Notes: generated by a model from the letters alone, not told the origin. Shown: positions 23,677 to 32,604, counted from the stretch's first letter. The stretch is 41,140 bases of DNA from Deltaproteobacteria bacterium (GCA_049190315.1 JAIVWD010000003.1:1-41140); one strand, 5' to 3'. A program made the numbers and translations.

Positions 23677-24057
23677 ATGAAAAAAAGTAATATATTAATA
23701 GTAATAGCGGGCTTGATAGGTTTATTTGTTTTTGGTTTAGCATATGCGCAGGATGATATTCAATCGCTGGAACATGATATCTTTGTGAATCGTGAAAGGC
23801 CTGCCGCTGTTTTCCCTCATACACTTCATGCTGATGATTTAGAGATTGATTGTCTGGACTGTCACCATATTTACAAAGATGGCGAGAACGTATGGGATGA
23901 ATCTGAAATAAGCGACTGTACTGCATGTCACAGCCTTGAGGCAGATGGTAAGATAATGTCAGCAATAAAGGCGTTCCATGCAAACTGCAAAGGATGTCAT
24001 TTAGAGGAAAACAAAGGCCCTGTTACTTGCGGCGAATGCCATCCCAAGAAAAAGTAA
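23677..24057 (+). CDS. Tetrahaem cytochrome c3
   Basis: Four CxxCH motifs (CLDCH, CTACH, CKGCH, CGECH) and a signal peptide MKKSNILIVIAGLIGLFVFGLAYA. Start ATG 23677 has GGGAGG 9 nt upstream. Confidence 0.88.
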   Translation: MKKSNILIVIAGLIGLFVFGLAYAQDDIQSLEHDIFVNRERPAAVFPHTLHADDLEIDCLDCHHIYKDGENVWDESEISDCTACHSLEADGKIMSAIKAFHANCKGCHLEENKGPVTCGECHPKKK

Positions 24058-24080
24058 TAGACGTAACAAATAATAAATAA

Positions 24081-24118
24081 TGGACAGGGGAAATTCTTTC
24101 CCTGTCCATATTTTTTTG
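24081..24118 (+). terminator. Intrinsic terminator after the cytochrome c3 gene
   Basis: TGGACAGGG / CCCTGTCCA stem followed by TATTTTTTT. Confidence 0.8.
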
Positions 24119-24120
24119 TA

Positions 24121-24315
24121 TTTAGTGCCCGAACGAAAAATAGAAAATTTTTTCAAGTTCAAGGAGGGAGCAAATTTTAACCGCAGGAATACAGCTTAGC
24201 TTATAGCTGATGGCTCTTAAGCTCATAAGATAAAAAGTAACAGCTTATCAGCTTATCAGCTAACATAGCCTGACGCAGAAATTGGGAAAATTAGCAGTTT
24301 TCGTTCAGGCACTAT
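24121..24315. mobile_element. MITE-like element family 3, copy a (inverted relative to 34401-34548)
   Basis: The termini TTAGTGCCCGAACGAAAA ... TTTTCGTTCAGGCACTA are inverted repeats. Both arms match copy b, but the central ~80 bp (AGCTTAT-type word repeats) differ. Confidence 0.7.
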
Positions 24316-24759
24316 TCAAATCATTGTGGCAATAGCTTCAAGAGCCATAGAATAACCCAGCATGCCAAAACCGGAAATCTGAGCTGTAGCTATATCAGCG
24401 ATCATTGATTTGTTGCGAAATGCCTCTCTTTTATAAATATTAGACAGGTGAATTTCAACTATAGGAATATCAAGCAGAAGAAGAGCGTCGCGGATAGCGA
24501 TACTCGTGTGTGTGTACGCAGCAGGATTGATAATAATACCTTGGCATTTTCCCATTGCATCCTGTATTTTTTCTACAATTTCTCCTTCATGATTTGATTG
24601 AAATATATCTACAGCAATTTCCAGATTCTTGCCTGCATTTTTCAGCTTTTTATTAATTTCATTAAGAGTTGTTTTCCCATAAATAGCCGGCTCTCTTTTA
24701 CCTAACATATTTAGATTGGGGCCATGAATTACCAATACCTTCCGGAGTTTTTTGCTCAT
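24316..24759 (-). CDS. aroQ: Type II 3-dehydroquinate dehydratase
   Basis: VIHGPNLNMLGKREPAIYG, FQSNHEGEIV, IINPAAYTHTSIAIRDA, VEIHLSNI. Confidence 0.92.
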   Translation of the reverse strand: MSKKLRKVLVIHGPNLNMLGKREPAIYGKTTLNEINKKLKNAGKNLEIAVDIFQSNHEGEIVEKIQDAMGKCQGIIINPAAYTHTSIAIRDALLLLDIPIVEIHLSNIYKREAFRNKSMIADIATAQISGFGMLGYSMALEAIATMI

Positions 24760-24873
24760 AATATCTCCTTCTGTTTTTTCAACCGTGAACCGATAACTGT
24801 AAACCGTGAACGGTTACTGTAATTTATCAATCACATCCTTTCTTAGTGCCTTAATGGCTATTTTTTTTATTTT

Positions 24874-25046
24874 GTGACTACTCACGTAGTCAGACTGAAG
24901 CTGTTTAGACTGAAGGCTGAAGGGGGTCAGAAAAGCACGATTGCCGTACTTTAGCGGAAACATCTGATTCTTGCACCAAACATGGCTTCAAAATGCGCTT
25001 TTTCCTAACAGCCTTCAGCCTTCAGCCTATCCACCTGAGTAGTTAC
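24874..25046 (+). mobile_element. MITE-like element family 2, copy a (direct with 33446-33604)
   Basis: Imperfect terminal inverted repeats GTGACTACTCACGTAG ... CCACCTGAGTAGTTAC with GCTGAAGG/CCTTCAGC sub-repeats. The core GCACGATTGCC.TACTTT.AGCGGAAACATCTGATTCTTGCACCAAA is shared with copy b. Confidence 0.75.
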
Positions 25047-25047
25047 T

Positions 25048-25692
25048 TTATTTTAAACCCTTAATTGCCTTTTTGTAATCCTGAGTTCCAAAAATCGCTG
25101 ATCCAGCTACAAATGCATCAGCCCCCGCGATAGAAATTTCTTCTATGTTTTTTTCATTAACTCCGCCATCTATTTCTATCAGGGTCGATAATCCCCTCTC
25201 TTTTATCATTTTGCGAAGAGCCCTTATCTTATCAATTGAGTTTGGTATGAAAGCCTGTCCTCCAAAACCAGGATTAACGCTCATTATCAACACAAAGTCA
25301 ACGAATTCAAGAATCCACTCTAAGGATGAGAGCGGAGTGGATGGATTCAGAGCAACACCTGCCTTTATTTTGAATTCTTTTATCAGTTGTATAGTTCTGT
25401 TTAAGTGCACACAGGCTTCAACATGGACAGAAATCAAAGTAGCCCCTGCTTTTGCAAAATCCGGAATATAGAGATCCGGATTTTCAATCATCAAATGAAC
25501 ATCAAGGGGAAGGGATGTATTACTCCTTGCAGCTTTTGTAATTATAGGTCCCATTGTAATAGCTGGAACAAAATGTCCGTCCATGGCATCAATATGTATC
25601 CAGTCTGCTCCAGCATCTTCAACGGATTTTATTTCATCTCCTAATTTTGCGAAATCAGCAGACAGTATAGATGGTGCAATAATTCTCATCAT
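25048..25692 (-). CDS. rpe: Ribulose-phosphate 3-epimerase
   Basis: IAPSILSADF, HIDAMDGHFVP, DVHLM, MSVNPGFGGQ.F and IEIDGG motifs. Confidence 0.92.
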   Translation of the reverse strand: MMRIIAPSILSADFAKLGDEIKSVEDAGADWIHIDAMDGHFVPAITMGPIITKAARSNTSLPLDVHLMIENPDLYIPDFAKAGATLISVHVEACVHLNRTIQLIKEFKIKAGVALNPSTPLSSLEWILEFVDFVLIMSVNPGFGGQAFIPNSIDKIRALRKMIKERGLSTLIEIDGGVNEKNIEEISIAGADAFVAGSAIFGTQDYKKAIKGLK

Positions 25693-25715
25693 AATGCTCC
25701 TTATTAATTCAAATT

Positions 25716-25970
25716 AACGCACCTTCGGTGCGAACATTTAAAGTGCCTAAAGTGAGCTAAAGTATATTAAAGTGCCTAAAGTTAATGAATGCTGCCATTT
25801 TATATAAAGATTTTTTGAGTCATTAATGTATAGGGAAGTGTAACAGTTTCTATTCCTATGTTATCAATTAGCACGCCGAAGGCGTACCACAACTTTAGGC
25901 ATTTTAGGCACTTTAGCTCACTTTAGGCACTTTTTACTCATTTATCCTATCCTTCCGAATTAATTAGACA
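25716..25970 (+). mobile_element. MITE-like element family 1, copy a (inverted relative to 37460-37697)
   Basis: Internal 23-nt perfect inverted repeats AAGTGCCTAAAGTGAGCTAAAGT / ACTTTAGCTCACTTTAGGCACTT, plus small GC hairpins (GCACCTTCGGTGC, ACGCCGAAGGCGT). About 240 bp align with the reverse complement of copy b. Confidence 0.8.
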
Positions 25971-26002
25971 TAAAATGCAAATTCCTATACTATCGAGTTG
26001 CT

Positions 26003-26923
26003 TCAGTTCTGCCATGAGTCAAAAACTTCAGTTTTAATCAGCTTATCATCTTCATACAGAAGAACAGTTGCATCTTTATTTCTTGGAATTAATGCCCAGA
26101 TTTCTTCACCGGGTTTCATGAAACTATCAAAAATATCATTTGAAATTCCAAAACTGTTTAATCTTAAACGTATATGTTTTTTTAAAAATCCGTATTTAAG
26201 TCTGTATTTAAAGAGGGTTACGCCCTTTGTGCTGTGTAAATATTTATGGCCTTTTCTGCCCGCTTCCCTGTTTATGGTAATATTAACATATGTACCCTCA
26301 ATTACCCTATGTCCCGATAAAGGTACCTGATCTATAATTATATTTTTAGGTTTTTTTTCAATAAAAAGAAATTTTATCTCCCCAAGCAAAAGATTGAAGC
26401 TTTCAATTAAAGCTATTGCTTCTTCAAGAGATTGTCCTTTAATATCAGGCATTTTATATACATTTGGCCTGATGCCTGTGCTGACAAGAAGGTTTACAAA
26501 GTCTCCTCGCGTAATCATTGTTCCCGGCAAAGGAAACTGAGAAATAATTTCATTTTTTTTTATACTCTCACTATATGTACTGGATAGTTTGTTCAGGCGC
26601 AAACCATTTTCTTCTATGATTAAGCGTGCCTGCTGTATTGAAAGTCCTTTTAAATTCGGCGTCAAAATTCTTTTTGTACCTTTTGATATAATAATTCTTA
26701 CATCACGCCTTTTCTTTATTTCAGAACCAGGTTCGGGCTCCTGAAAAATTACATGGTTTTTGGGCACGCTATCACTGTACTCAGACCCTTTAACTTTTGT
26801 GTTAAGTCCAAGATCCGACAACATTTCGAGGATTAACACTACATCCTTTCCGACAATATCAGGAACAACAACTTTATTTTCGCTCTTAATTATAAACGTT
26901 AAGGTAAGATAAGCGCTTACCAT
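26003..26923 (-). CDS. PASTA-domain repeat protein
   Basis: Three repeats of the PASTA pattern (VPDIVGK..., TPNLKGLSIQQARLI..., MPDIKGQSLEEAIAL...). A TM-like in-frame extension (IAKISFFFILFVLIL) lies upstream of the first ATG, so the true start may be non-canonical. Confidence 0.7.
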   Translation of the reverse strand: MVSAYLTLTFIIKSENKVVVPDIVGKDVVLILEMLSDLGLNTKVKGSEYSDSVPKNHVIFQEPEPGSEIKKRRDVRIIISKGTKRILTPNLKGLSIQQARLIIEENGLRLNKLSSTYSESIKKNEIISQFPLPGTMITRGDFVNLLVSTGIRPNVYKMPDIKGQSLEEAIALIESFNLLLGEIKFLFIEKKPKNIIIDQVPLSGHRVIEGTYVNITINREAGRKGHKYLHSTKGVTLFKYRLKYGFLKKHIRLRLNSFGISNDIFDSFMKPGEEIWALIPRNKDATVLLYEDDKLIKTEVFDSWQN

Positions 26924-27027
26924 TAAAATTAGAACAAATAAAATAAAGAAAAATGATATTTTTGCTATCCTTACGATAACTTTCTCCTCTTAGGAACGGG
27001 AACGAAATAACTTCCCCAACTATGCGC

Positions 27028-28467
27028 CTACTTGCGGAAGTTGTTTCGTCCCCGTTCCTTAAAACAAACTGAAAAAAAACCATCCATATTGTTTATATGC
27101 GGAAAAGTTTTAAGATAGCCGTTTTTATTAATAAGAGAACGCGCATTAAAAGGAAATCCGTCAGGTTTTTTTTCAATAACAAACTCTGGATGCTTATTTA
27201 AAAAAACTTTTACAACTTCTTCATTTTCTTCAGGTTCCGTGCTGCATACAGTATAAACCAAAACACCTGAAGGTTTAACAAGATACGATAAAGTATCAAG
27301 AAATCTCACCTGTTTTTCTTGATAATATATTAAATTCTTTTTTGACATTAACCACTTTATATCCGGATTTCTCCTCAGGACGCCTAACCCCGAGCATGGT
27401 GCGTCTAATAGAATACGGTCAAATTCGGCAATATAATTTTTGTCAAAGGGTTTGTCCAGATCGTGTATGCAGGTTTGAACAATTGAAATCCCCAGCCGTT
27501 TCATTTCAGACTCATGCCGCAGAAGCTTTTCATTGTTTTTATCCATGGCTACAATTTTGCCTTTATTTCTCATCATCTGAGCGATATGGCCTGTTTTTCC
27601 ACCCAAACCTGCGCAGGCATCTAAAATGGTTTCACCTGGTTGTGGATTTAAAAGGTACGTGACGAGCTGGGCTGCTTCATCCTGGACCTGAAACCAGCCA
27701 TTCTTAAATGCTTTAATTTTTGGAATAGGCAGCTTTGGTTTGAAAAAATAAATTCCATCCGGCGAATAAGTTGTATAGTCAATTAGTTCTACATCTGATT
27801 CGAGTTTGTTTATCAGGTCATCGCGGGAAATTTTCAGATTATTTGTACGTACGGTTATGGGCGGAATATTATTTACTGCATCGCAGAGCGCTTCAGTTTC
27901 TTTTAAGCCAAAACAATCAAGCCATCTTTTTATCAGCCATTCCGGAAATGATTTTGCTGTTGACAATGCTTTTACAGGATTTTTGTTAGGATCCGGGAAG
28001 GGGACTTTTTTATAACCTTTTGCAGAACTGCGCAATACCGCATTTACAAATCCAACAACTTTCGGAGAGGTAAATGACTTGGCCATTTCTACAGATGTAT
28101 TTACGGCAGCGGATACCGGTATTTTATCTAAATACATTACCTGAAAGAGTCCAAGGCGAAGAATATTTAAAACATTCGAATCTATTGCATTTAATCGGGT
28201 ATTAGAAAAATAGTCTATTATCCAGTCGAGCGTACCGCGCCGCCTGATAACACCATATACCAACGCATTAACCAAAGCGCGATCTCTTTTTGAAAGATAT
28301 TGCTCTTTATCGGTTATATCTTCTTCTAATACCCTATCAAGAGTTTTACGCCCCTTATCAAGAGTATTTAATATAAATAACGCAGTATTGCGTGCATGAT
28401 CCGCCAAGAAACTTAGCTCCATTTCGTTCAGTTTGCAGAAATTTACAAACTCATTTTTATGTAACAT
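27028..28467 (-). CDS. rsmB: 16S rRNA (cytosine967-C5)-methyltransferase RsmB
   Basis: A NusB-like N-terminal domain, the SAM motif DACAGLGGKT and the catalytic LLDAPCSGLGVLRRNPDIKW. The def-fmt-rsmB neighbourhood also fits. The start may instead be the internal Met at 28422. Confidence 0.88.
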   Translation of the reverse strand: MLHKNEFVNFCKLNEMELSFLADHARNTALFILNTLDKGRKTLDRVLEEDITDKEQYLSKRDRALVNALVYGVIRRRGTLDWIIDYFSNTRLNAIDSNVLNILRLGLFQVMYLDKIPVSAAVNTSVEMAKSFTSPKVVGFVNAVLRSSAKGYKKVPFPDPNKNPVKALSTAKSFPEWLIKRWLDCFGLKETEALCDAVNNIPPITVRTNNLKISRDDLINKLESDVELIDYTTYSPDGIYFFKPKLPIPKIKAFKNGWFQVQDEAAQLVTYLLNPQPGETILDACAGLGGKTGHIAQMMRNKGKIVAMDKNNEKLLRHESEMKRLGISIVQTCIHDLDKPFDKNYIAEFDRILLDAPCSGLGVLRRNPDIKWLMSKKNLIYYQEKQVRFLDTLSYLVKPSGVLVYTVCSTEPEENEEVVKVFLNKHPEFVIEKKPDGFPFNARSLINKNGYLKTFPHINNMDGFFSVCFKERGRNNFRK

Positions 28468-28485
28468 TAACCGGCTGCGGGTGAG

Positions 28486-28682
28486 CTTCAGGTGTGATCG
28501 AATTCAAAGCAGGAAACTGTTTGAGCGTATTAGATATCGTTAAGAAAGAACCTGGTACGATGTTGTCATTGTTTAGTTAGTGCTCGTTAAACCGTCACTA
28601 TTGTTTTCATCCATGGCAAGTTCTTTCTTTACGATATCTTATGCGTGAGTTTTCCATGGTTTGAATTTGATTATACCTGAAG
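28486..28682. mobile_element. Palindromic element family 4 (single copy): ~66-nt imperfect inverted arms
   Basis: The left arm CTTCAGGTGTGATCGAATTCAAAGCAGGAAACTG...AGATATCGTTAAGAAAGAAC aligns with the reverse complement of GTTCTTTCTTTACGATATCT...GGTTTGAATTTGATTATACCTGAAG. Confidence 0.65.
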
Positions 28683-28709
28683 CGAATATATTTTCAAAAA
28701 GCTGAAGTG

Positions 28710-29672
28710 TTAGGAGTTTGTAAATTCCTGGCTTAAAATCGTTCCGGGAGGTATTGAGTGCCCGCGCAAAAAGTCTTTAATAGATAAACGTTTGCCTGAT
28801 TCGCCCTGAATTTTTAAAATAGACAAAGCTCCTTTACCCGTTGCGATCCTGAGTTCATCTGTGAAGCCTTTTATTACTGTTCCCGGCAAGGCAGTGATAT
28901 CCGTTAAGATCGGCCTGGCCGCAAAGATTTTGAGACGTTTATTGCCGTAAAACGTAAAGGCACCAGGCCATGGAGTAACTCCTCGTATAAATGCCTCAAT
29001 ATCTTCAGCAGACTTTTTCCAGTTTATATGCCCATCGTTTTTTTTAAGCAATGGTGCAGATGTAGCCTTCTTGTGGTCCTGCGGGATTGGCCTTATCTCT
29101 TCAGCCTCTATAGCTTTTATCGTTTTTATAAGAAGAGCCGCACCAAGTTTTGCCAGGCGGTCATGAAGCGTTGCTGATGTGTCATCCGGATCAATTTCTA
29201 ATTTTGCAGAAAGAAGTATATCTCCTGTATCCATGCCCTCATCCATAAACATTGTTGTTACTCCGGTCTCTCTTTCCCTGTTTATAATAGCCCACTGGAT
29301 TGGCGCTGAACCACGATATTTTGGAAGTAGAGATGCATGAATGTTAATTGAACCTATTCCTGGCATTTCAAGTATATTTTTTGTGAGAATATGACCATAT
29401 GCTACCACAACAAATATATCCGGTTTAAGCTTTTGTACAATTTCTTTAAAATTATCTGTCTTAATAGATACGGGCTGGATTACTTCATATCCCAGACTTA
29501 TTGCGGTTTCTTTAACAGGAGGAGAAATTACTTTGCGGCCTCGTCCCTTTGGCCGATCAGGTTGAGTTACAACCAATACCACATCATAGTGGTTTTTGTT
29601 TAATTCCTTTAGGGAAGGGACAGCAAACTCGGGAGTTCCCATAAAGATAATTTTAAGCTTTCGATTATTCAC
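28710..29672 (-). CDS. fmt: Methionyl-tRNA formyltransferase
   Basis: IIFMGTPEFAVPSL, QPDRPKGRG, NIHASLLPKYRGSAPIQWAI. Confidence 0.93.
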   Translation of the reverse strand: MNNRKLKIIFMGTPEFAVPSLKELNKNHYDVVLVVTQPDRPKGRGRKVISPPVKETAISLGYEVIQPVSIKTDNFKEIVQKLKPDIFVVVAYGHILTKNILEMPGIGSINIHASLLPKYRGSAPIQWAIINRERETGVTTMFMDEGMDTGDILLSAKLEIDPDDTSATLHDRLAKLGAALLIKTIKAIEAEEIRPIPQDHKKATSAPLLKKNDGHINWKKSAEDIEAFIRGVTPWPGAFTFYGNKRLKIFAARPILTDITALPGTVIKGFTDELRIATGKGALSILKIQGESGKRLSIKDFLRGHSIPPGTILSQEFTNS

Positions 29673-29720
29673 TATTTTATAAACTCGTAAAAAATCATGA
29701 AGTTAACTATAGATGGCTAA

Positions 29721-29829
29721 GTAAAAAGTTTCATATACAAGGCGTAGTGATTTTTTAGGATCGAAGGCATACATATAGTATGTTGAGAGTCTGAAAAATC
29801 ACTGCAACGCAGTAGATGGGACTTTTTAC
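29721..29829. mobile_element. Palindromic element family 5, copy a
   Basis: GTAAAAAGTTTCATATACAAGGCGTAGTGATTTTTTAG ... CTGAAAAATCACTGCAACGCAGTAGATGGGACTTTTTAC. The end words (GTAAAAAG, CAAGGCG, GCAACGCAG, ACTTTTTA) are shared with 32497-32604. Confidence 0.65.
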
Positions 29830-29839
29830 GACGCCATCA

Positions 29840-30346
29840 CTATTTTCTCAATTGCTTTTTTATACGTCTTTTATAAAGTTCTCTTTTTAATGCGCTTATG
29901 TGGTCTATAAATAAAATTCCGTTTAAATGATCAATTTCATGCTGCAAGACTATAGCAAAGTGTCCTTCAGCATCAATTCTCCTGGGATTACCGTCTCTAT
30001 CAAAACCTTCAACCAGTATGGATTCTGCACGTTTTACGTCCGCCCTTAGATCCGGAACACTGAGACAACCTTCATTTTCCGATATTATACGACCATTGCT
30101 TTCGATAATTCTTGGATTTATGAGAACCTGAAGAAATCTCTTTTCTTCACCTTGCGATACATCATAGACGATTAGACTGTTATCGAATCCTACCTGTATT
30201 GCAGCCAGCCCGACACCTTTTGAATTATACATTGTAAAAGACATGTCTTCAATAATCTTCTGCGTCGTTCCATCTATATTTTCAACAGGTTTGGCGGGCT
30301 GTCTTAAAAAATTGTCAGGATATGTTAAAATATTGAGCATTGACAT
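29840..30346 (-). CDS. def: Peptide deformylase
   Basis: GVGLAAIQVG, EGCLSVP and HEIDHLNG metal-binding motifs. Confidence 0.93.
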   Translation of the reverse strand: MSMLNILTYPDNFLRQPAKPVENIDGTTQKIIEDMSFTMYNSKGVGLAAIQVGFDNSLIVYDVSQGEEKRFLQVLINPRIIESNGRIISENEGCLSVPDLRADVKRAESILVEGFDRDGNPRRIDAEGHFAIVLQHEIDHLNGILFIDHISALKRELYKRRIKKQLRK

Positions 30347-31425
30347 TATATATTTTTTCTTTCTTTCAGGCTCTTAAAAATTTGCAATGTATCAACACCT
30401 GAAAGCATCGCAGATATAACTCCTATAATTATTACCGGAAATATTTGGATTGCATGATTTGCCAGAGTAAAGCCGGCAGCTTCCTTTGCCGAAATGCCGA
30501 AAAGGGACAGTGCGAAAACACCTCCTGCTTCCCATATGCCCCAGAAACCAGGGACAGATGGAAGAGCTATAAAAAAACATATAATAATCATGACTGCAAA
30601 TAGTTCAAGATATGATAGACTTATGCCCGGGCAGCCAAGAGCCATGATATAGAAAGAAAAGGCTGATAAAACCCATATAATAAAAGAGAGCCCAATACAA
30701 ATGCATATTTTTTTGGGATGGTTAATAAAGGAAAAACCAGTTGAGAGGTTGTCTACAAAGCATATCAAAGATGCACAGAATTTTTGAATTTTGTTTTTTA
30801 ATGAAACGCTTGTTAATGAAAAAAGAGAGGGGATTTTATTGATTGTCCATTTTACAGCTTGCCGGATTGAGCTGAAACTAAAAAGAATGATTCCAGCTAT
30901 GAGTATAATCATTAACTTGAAAAGATTTCCGCCAATGCTGACCAGGGTTTCCCTGTTTAGATTATATTTCCCAAAAGAAATGCTAAGCTGGGGATCTATA
31001 TCTATATACGCAAGCATTGCTCCAAAAAGGATGATGAGAATACTTGAGTCAAATATACGTTCAATCACAACCGTTGCAAGGCCTGTTGAAAAGGGAACAT
31101 TTTCCTTTTTTTGCAGAATAGCTGGTCGCGCCACCTCGCCGACCCTTCCCGGAAGGATGCAGTTTAACATAAAACCTATCATCAAAGGATGAAATGCCTT
31201 CCAAAAACTGATCTTGCTGACCGGTTCCAATATAAGCATCCATCGAAATGCTCTTAATGCAAAACTTATAAAAACAACAAATACAGATGGAAATAACCAT
31301 AAATAATTAATTGATACCAGGTATTTTAGAAGTTCATTTAATGGAACATTTTTAAAAGCAAAATAAAATGCAGCAATTGAAATTATAATACCTATTGCAA
31401 GAAAAATTTTTGCTTTTTTTTTCAA
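30346..31425 (-). CDS. Lysylphosphatidylglycerol-synthase-TM-like (UPF0104/flippase-like) membrane protein
   Basis: A polytopic protein with about 8 TM helices. The segment LNCILPGRVGEVARP is typical of UPF0104-family proteins. Confidence 0.55.
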   Translation of the reverse strand: MKKKAKIFLAIGIIISIAAFYFAFKNVPLNELLKYLVSINYLWLFPSVFVVFISFALRAFRWMLILEPVSKISFWKAFHPLMIGFMLNCILPGRVGEVARPAILQKKENVPFSTGLATVVIERIFDSSILIILFGAMLAYIDIDPQLSISFGKYNLNRETLVSIGGNLFKLMIILIAGIILFSFSSIRQAVKWTINKIPSLFSLTSVSLKNKIQKFCASLICFVDNLSTGFSFINHPKKICICIGLSFIIWVLSAFSFYIMALGCPGISLSYLELFAVMIIICFFIALPSVPGFWGIWEAGGVFALSLFGISAKEAAGFTLANHAIQIFPVIIIGVISAMLSGVDTLQIFKSLKERKNI

Positions 31426-31446
31426 TTCGATTCCGGTTTATCCTGA

Positions 31447-32379
31447 TCAGGATAGGATCTTGCGTGCTTTTATTATATCTTTTTTGATTTGTTCTGATAG
31501 TTCTGAAATGTTTGAGAACTTTTTTTCATCCCTTAATCTATCTATAAAGTTGACACGAATTTTCTGACCGTAAATATTTTCTTTAAAGTCAAGTATATGA
31601 GCCTCAACAGTAAAGATATAATCATCAAAAGTCGGGCTATATCCGATATTTGCCACTCCTTTAAATTTTTCCCCCTTGCATTCAACCATAACGGCATATA
31701 CTCCAATTTTTGGGCTCAGTTCATCATATAGATTTATATTAGCAGTGGGGAATCCAAGGAGTTTCCCCCCTCTGTCACGCCCAACCTCAACCTTGCCTCT
31801 TATCTGGTAATATCTGCCTAATAGTTTTTGGGATTCAGCAACTTTTCCAGCCATGACCAGTTCACGTATTTTTGTGCTGCTGATTCTTTCAGGATAGGTC
31901 TTTGATATATGCAACTCGTCGATTACGATTACTTCAAAACCACATTGGTTTCCCAAAGTTTTTAGCAAATCCAGATTTCCCTCACGATTTTTCCCGAAAG
32001 TATAATCTTCGCCCACTGCAATTACCTTAATCCCGATGCGCTTGACAAGGATATCTTCCACAAATTCTTTCGCGGGTATGGCTGCAAACTCCTGTGTAAA
32101 GGAAATGCAAATAAGAACATCAAGACCGGCCTTTTCTATGAGTTCTACCTTCTGTTCATAAAGGGTAATAAGAGGGGGATGATTATTTTTTTTTAATACT
32201 CTGATAGGATGGGGTTCAAAAGTCATGGCGATTGATGTACCATTAAGCGTTGCGGCTTTTTCAATCAGATTATGAAAAAGAGCCTGATGGCCAAGGTGTA
32301 CGCCATCAAAATTACCTATTGTAATAACAGCATTTTTGTATGGTTTTGTTATCTTATTTATATCTTCAATTATTATCAT
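31447..32379 (-). CDS. ribF: Bifunctional riboflavin kinase / FMN adenylyltransferase
   Basis: ITIGNFDGVHLGHQ, TFEPHP, LGFPTAN and a C-terminal riboflavin kinase domain (F.D.LR.E.KF). Confidence 0.92.
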   Translation of the reverse strand: MIIIEDINKITKPYKNAVITIGNFDGVHLGHQALFHNLIEKAATLNGTSIAMTFEPHPIRVLKKNNHPPLITLYEQKVELIEKAGLDVLICISFTQEFAAIPAKEFVEDILVKRIGIKVIAVGEDYTFGKNREGNLDLLKTLGNQCGFEVIVIDELHISKTYPERISSTKIRELVMAGKVAESQKLLGRYYQIRGKVEVGRDRGGKLLGFPTANINLYDELSPKIGVYAVMVECKGEKFKGVANIGYSPTFDDYIFTVEAHILDFKENIYGQKIRVNFIDRLRDEKKFSNISELSEQIKKDIIKARKILS

Positions 32380-32496
32380 TCCTAACTTTCCCGCTCAACA
32401 TAGGTTAATGAACTTGACAAGAATAAAAAAAAAGAATAAATAGAACGTCTTCCGTATAAAATCAACCTTTAATTTGTCATGATTTTAGACGGCAAA

Positions 32497-32604
32497 GTAA
32501 AAAGCCCCAGTTCCAAGGCGCGCAAATCCTGAGGAGAGAGACGTACTTATAGCTACGTCGCAACGACAAAGGATGCAGCGCAACGCAGAAAATGGACTTT
32601 TTAA
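32497..32604. mobile_element. Palindromic element family 5, copy b (just upstream of tRNA-Leu)
   Basis: GTAAAAAGCCCCAGTTCCAAGGCGCGCAAATCCTGAGG ... AAAGGATGCAGCGCAACGCAGAAAATGGACTTTTTAA has the same architecture as 29721-29829, with a different palindromic core. Confidence 0.6.
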
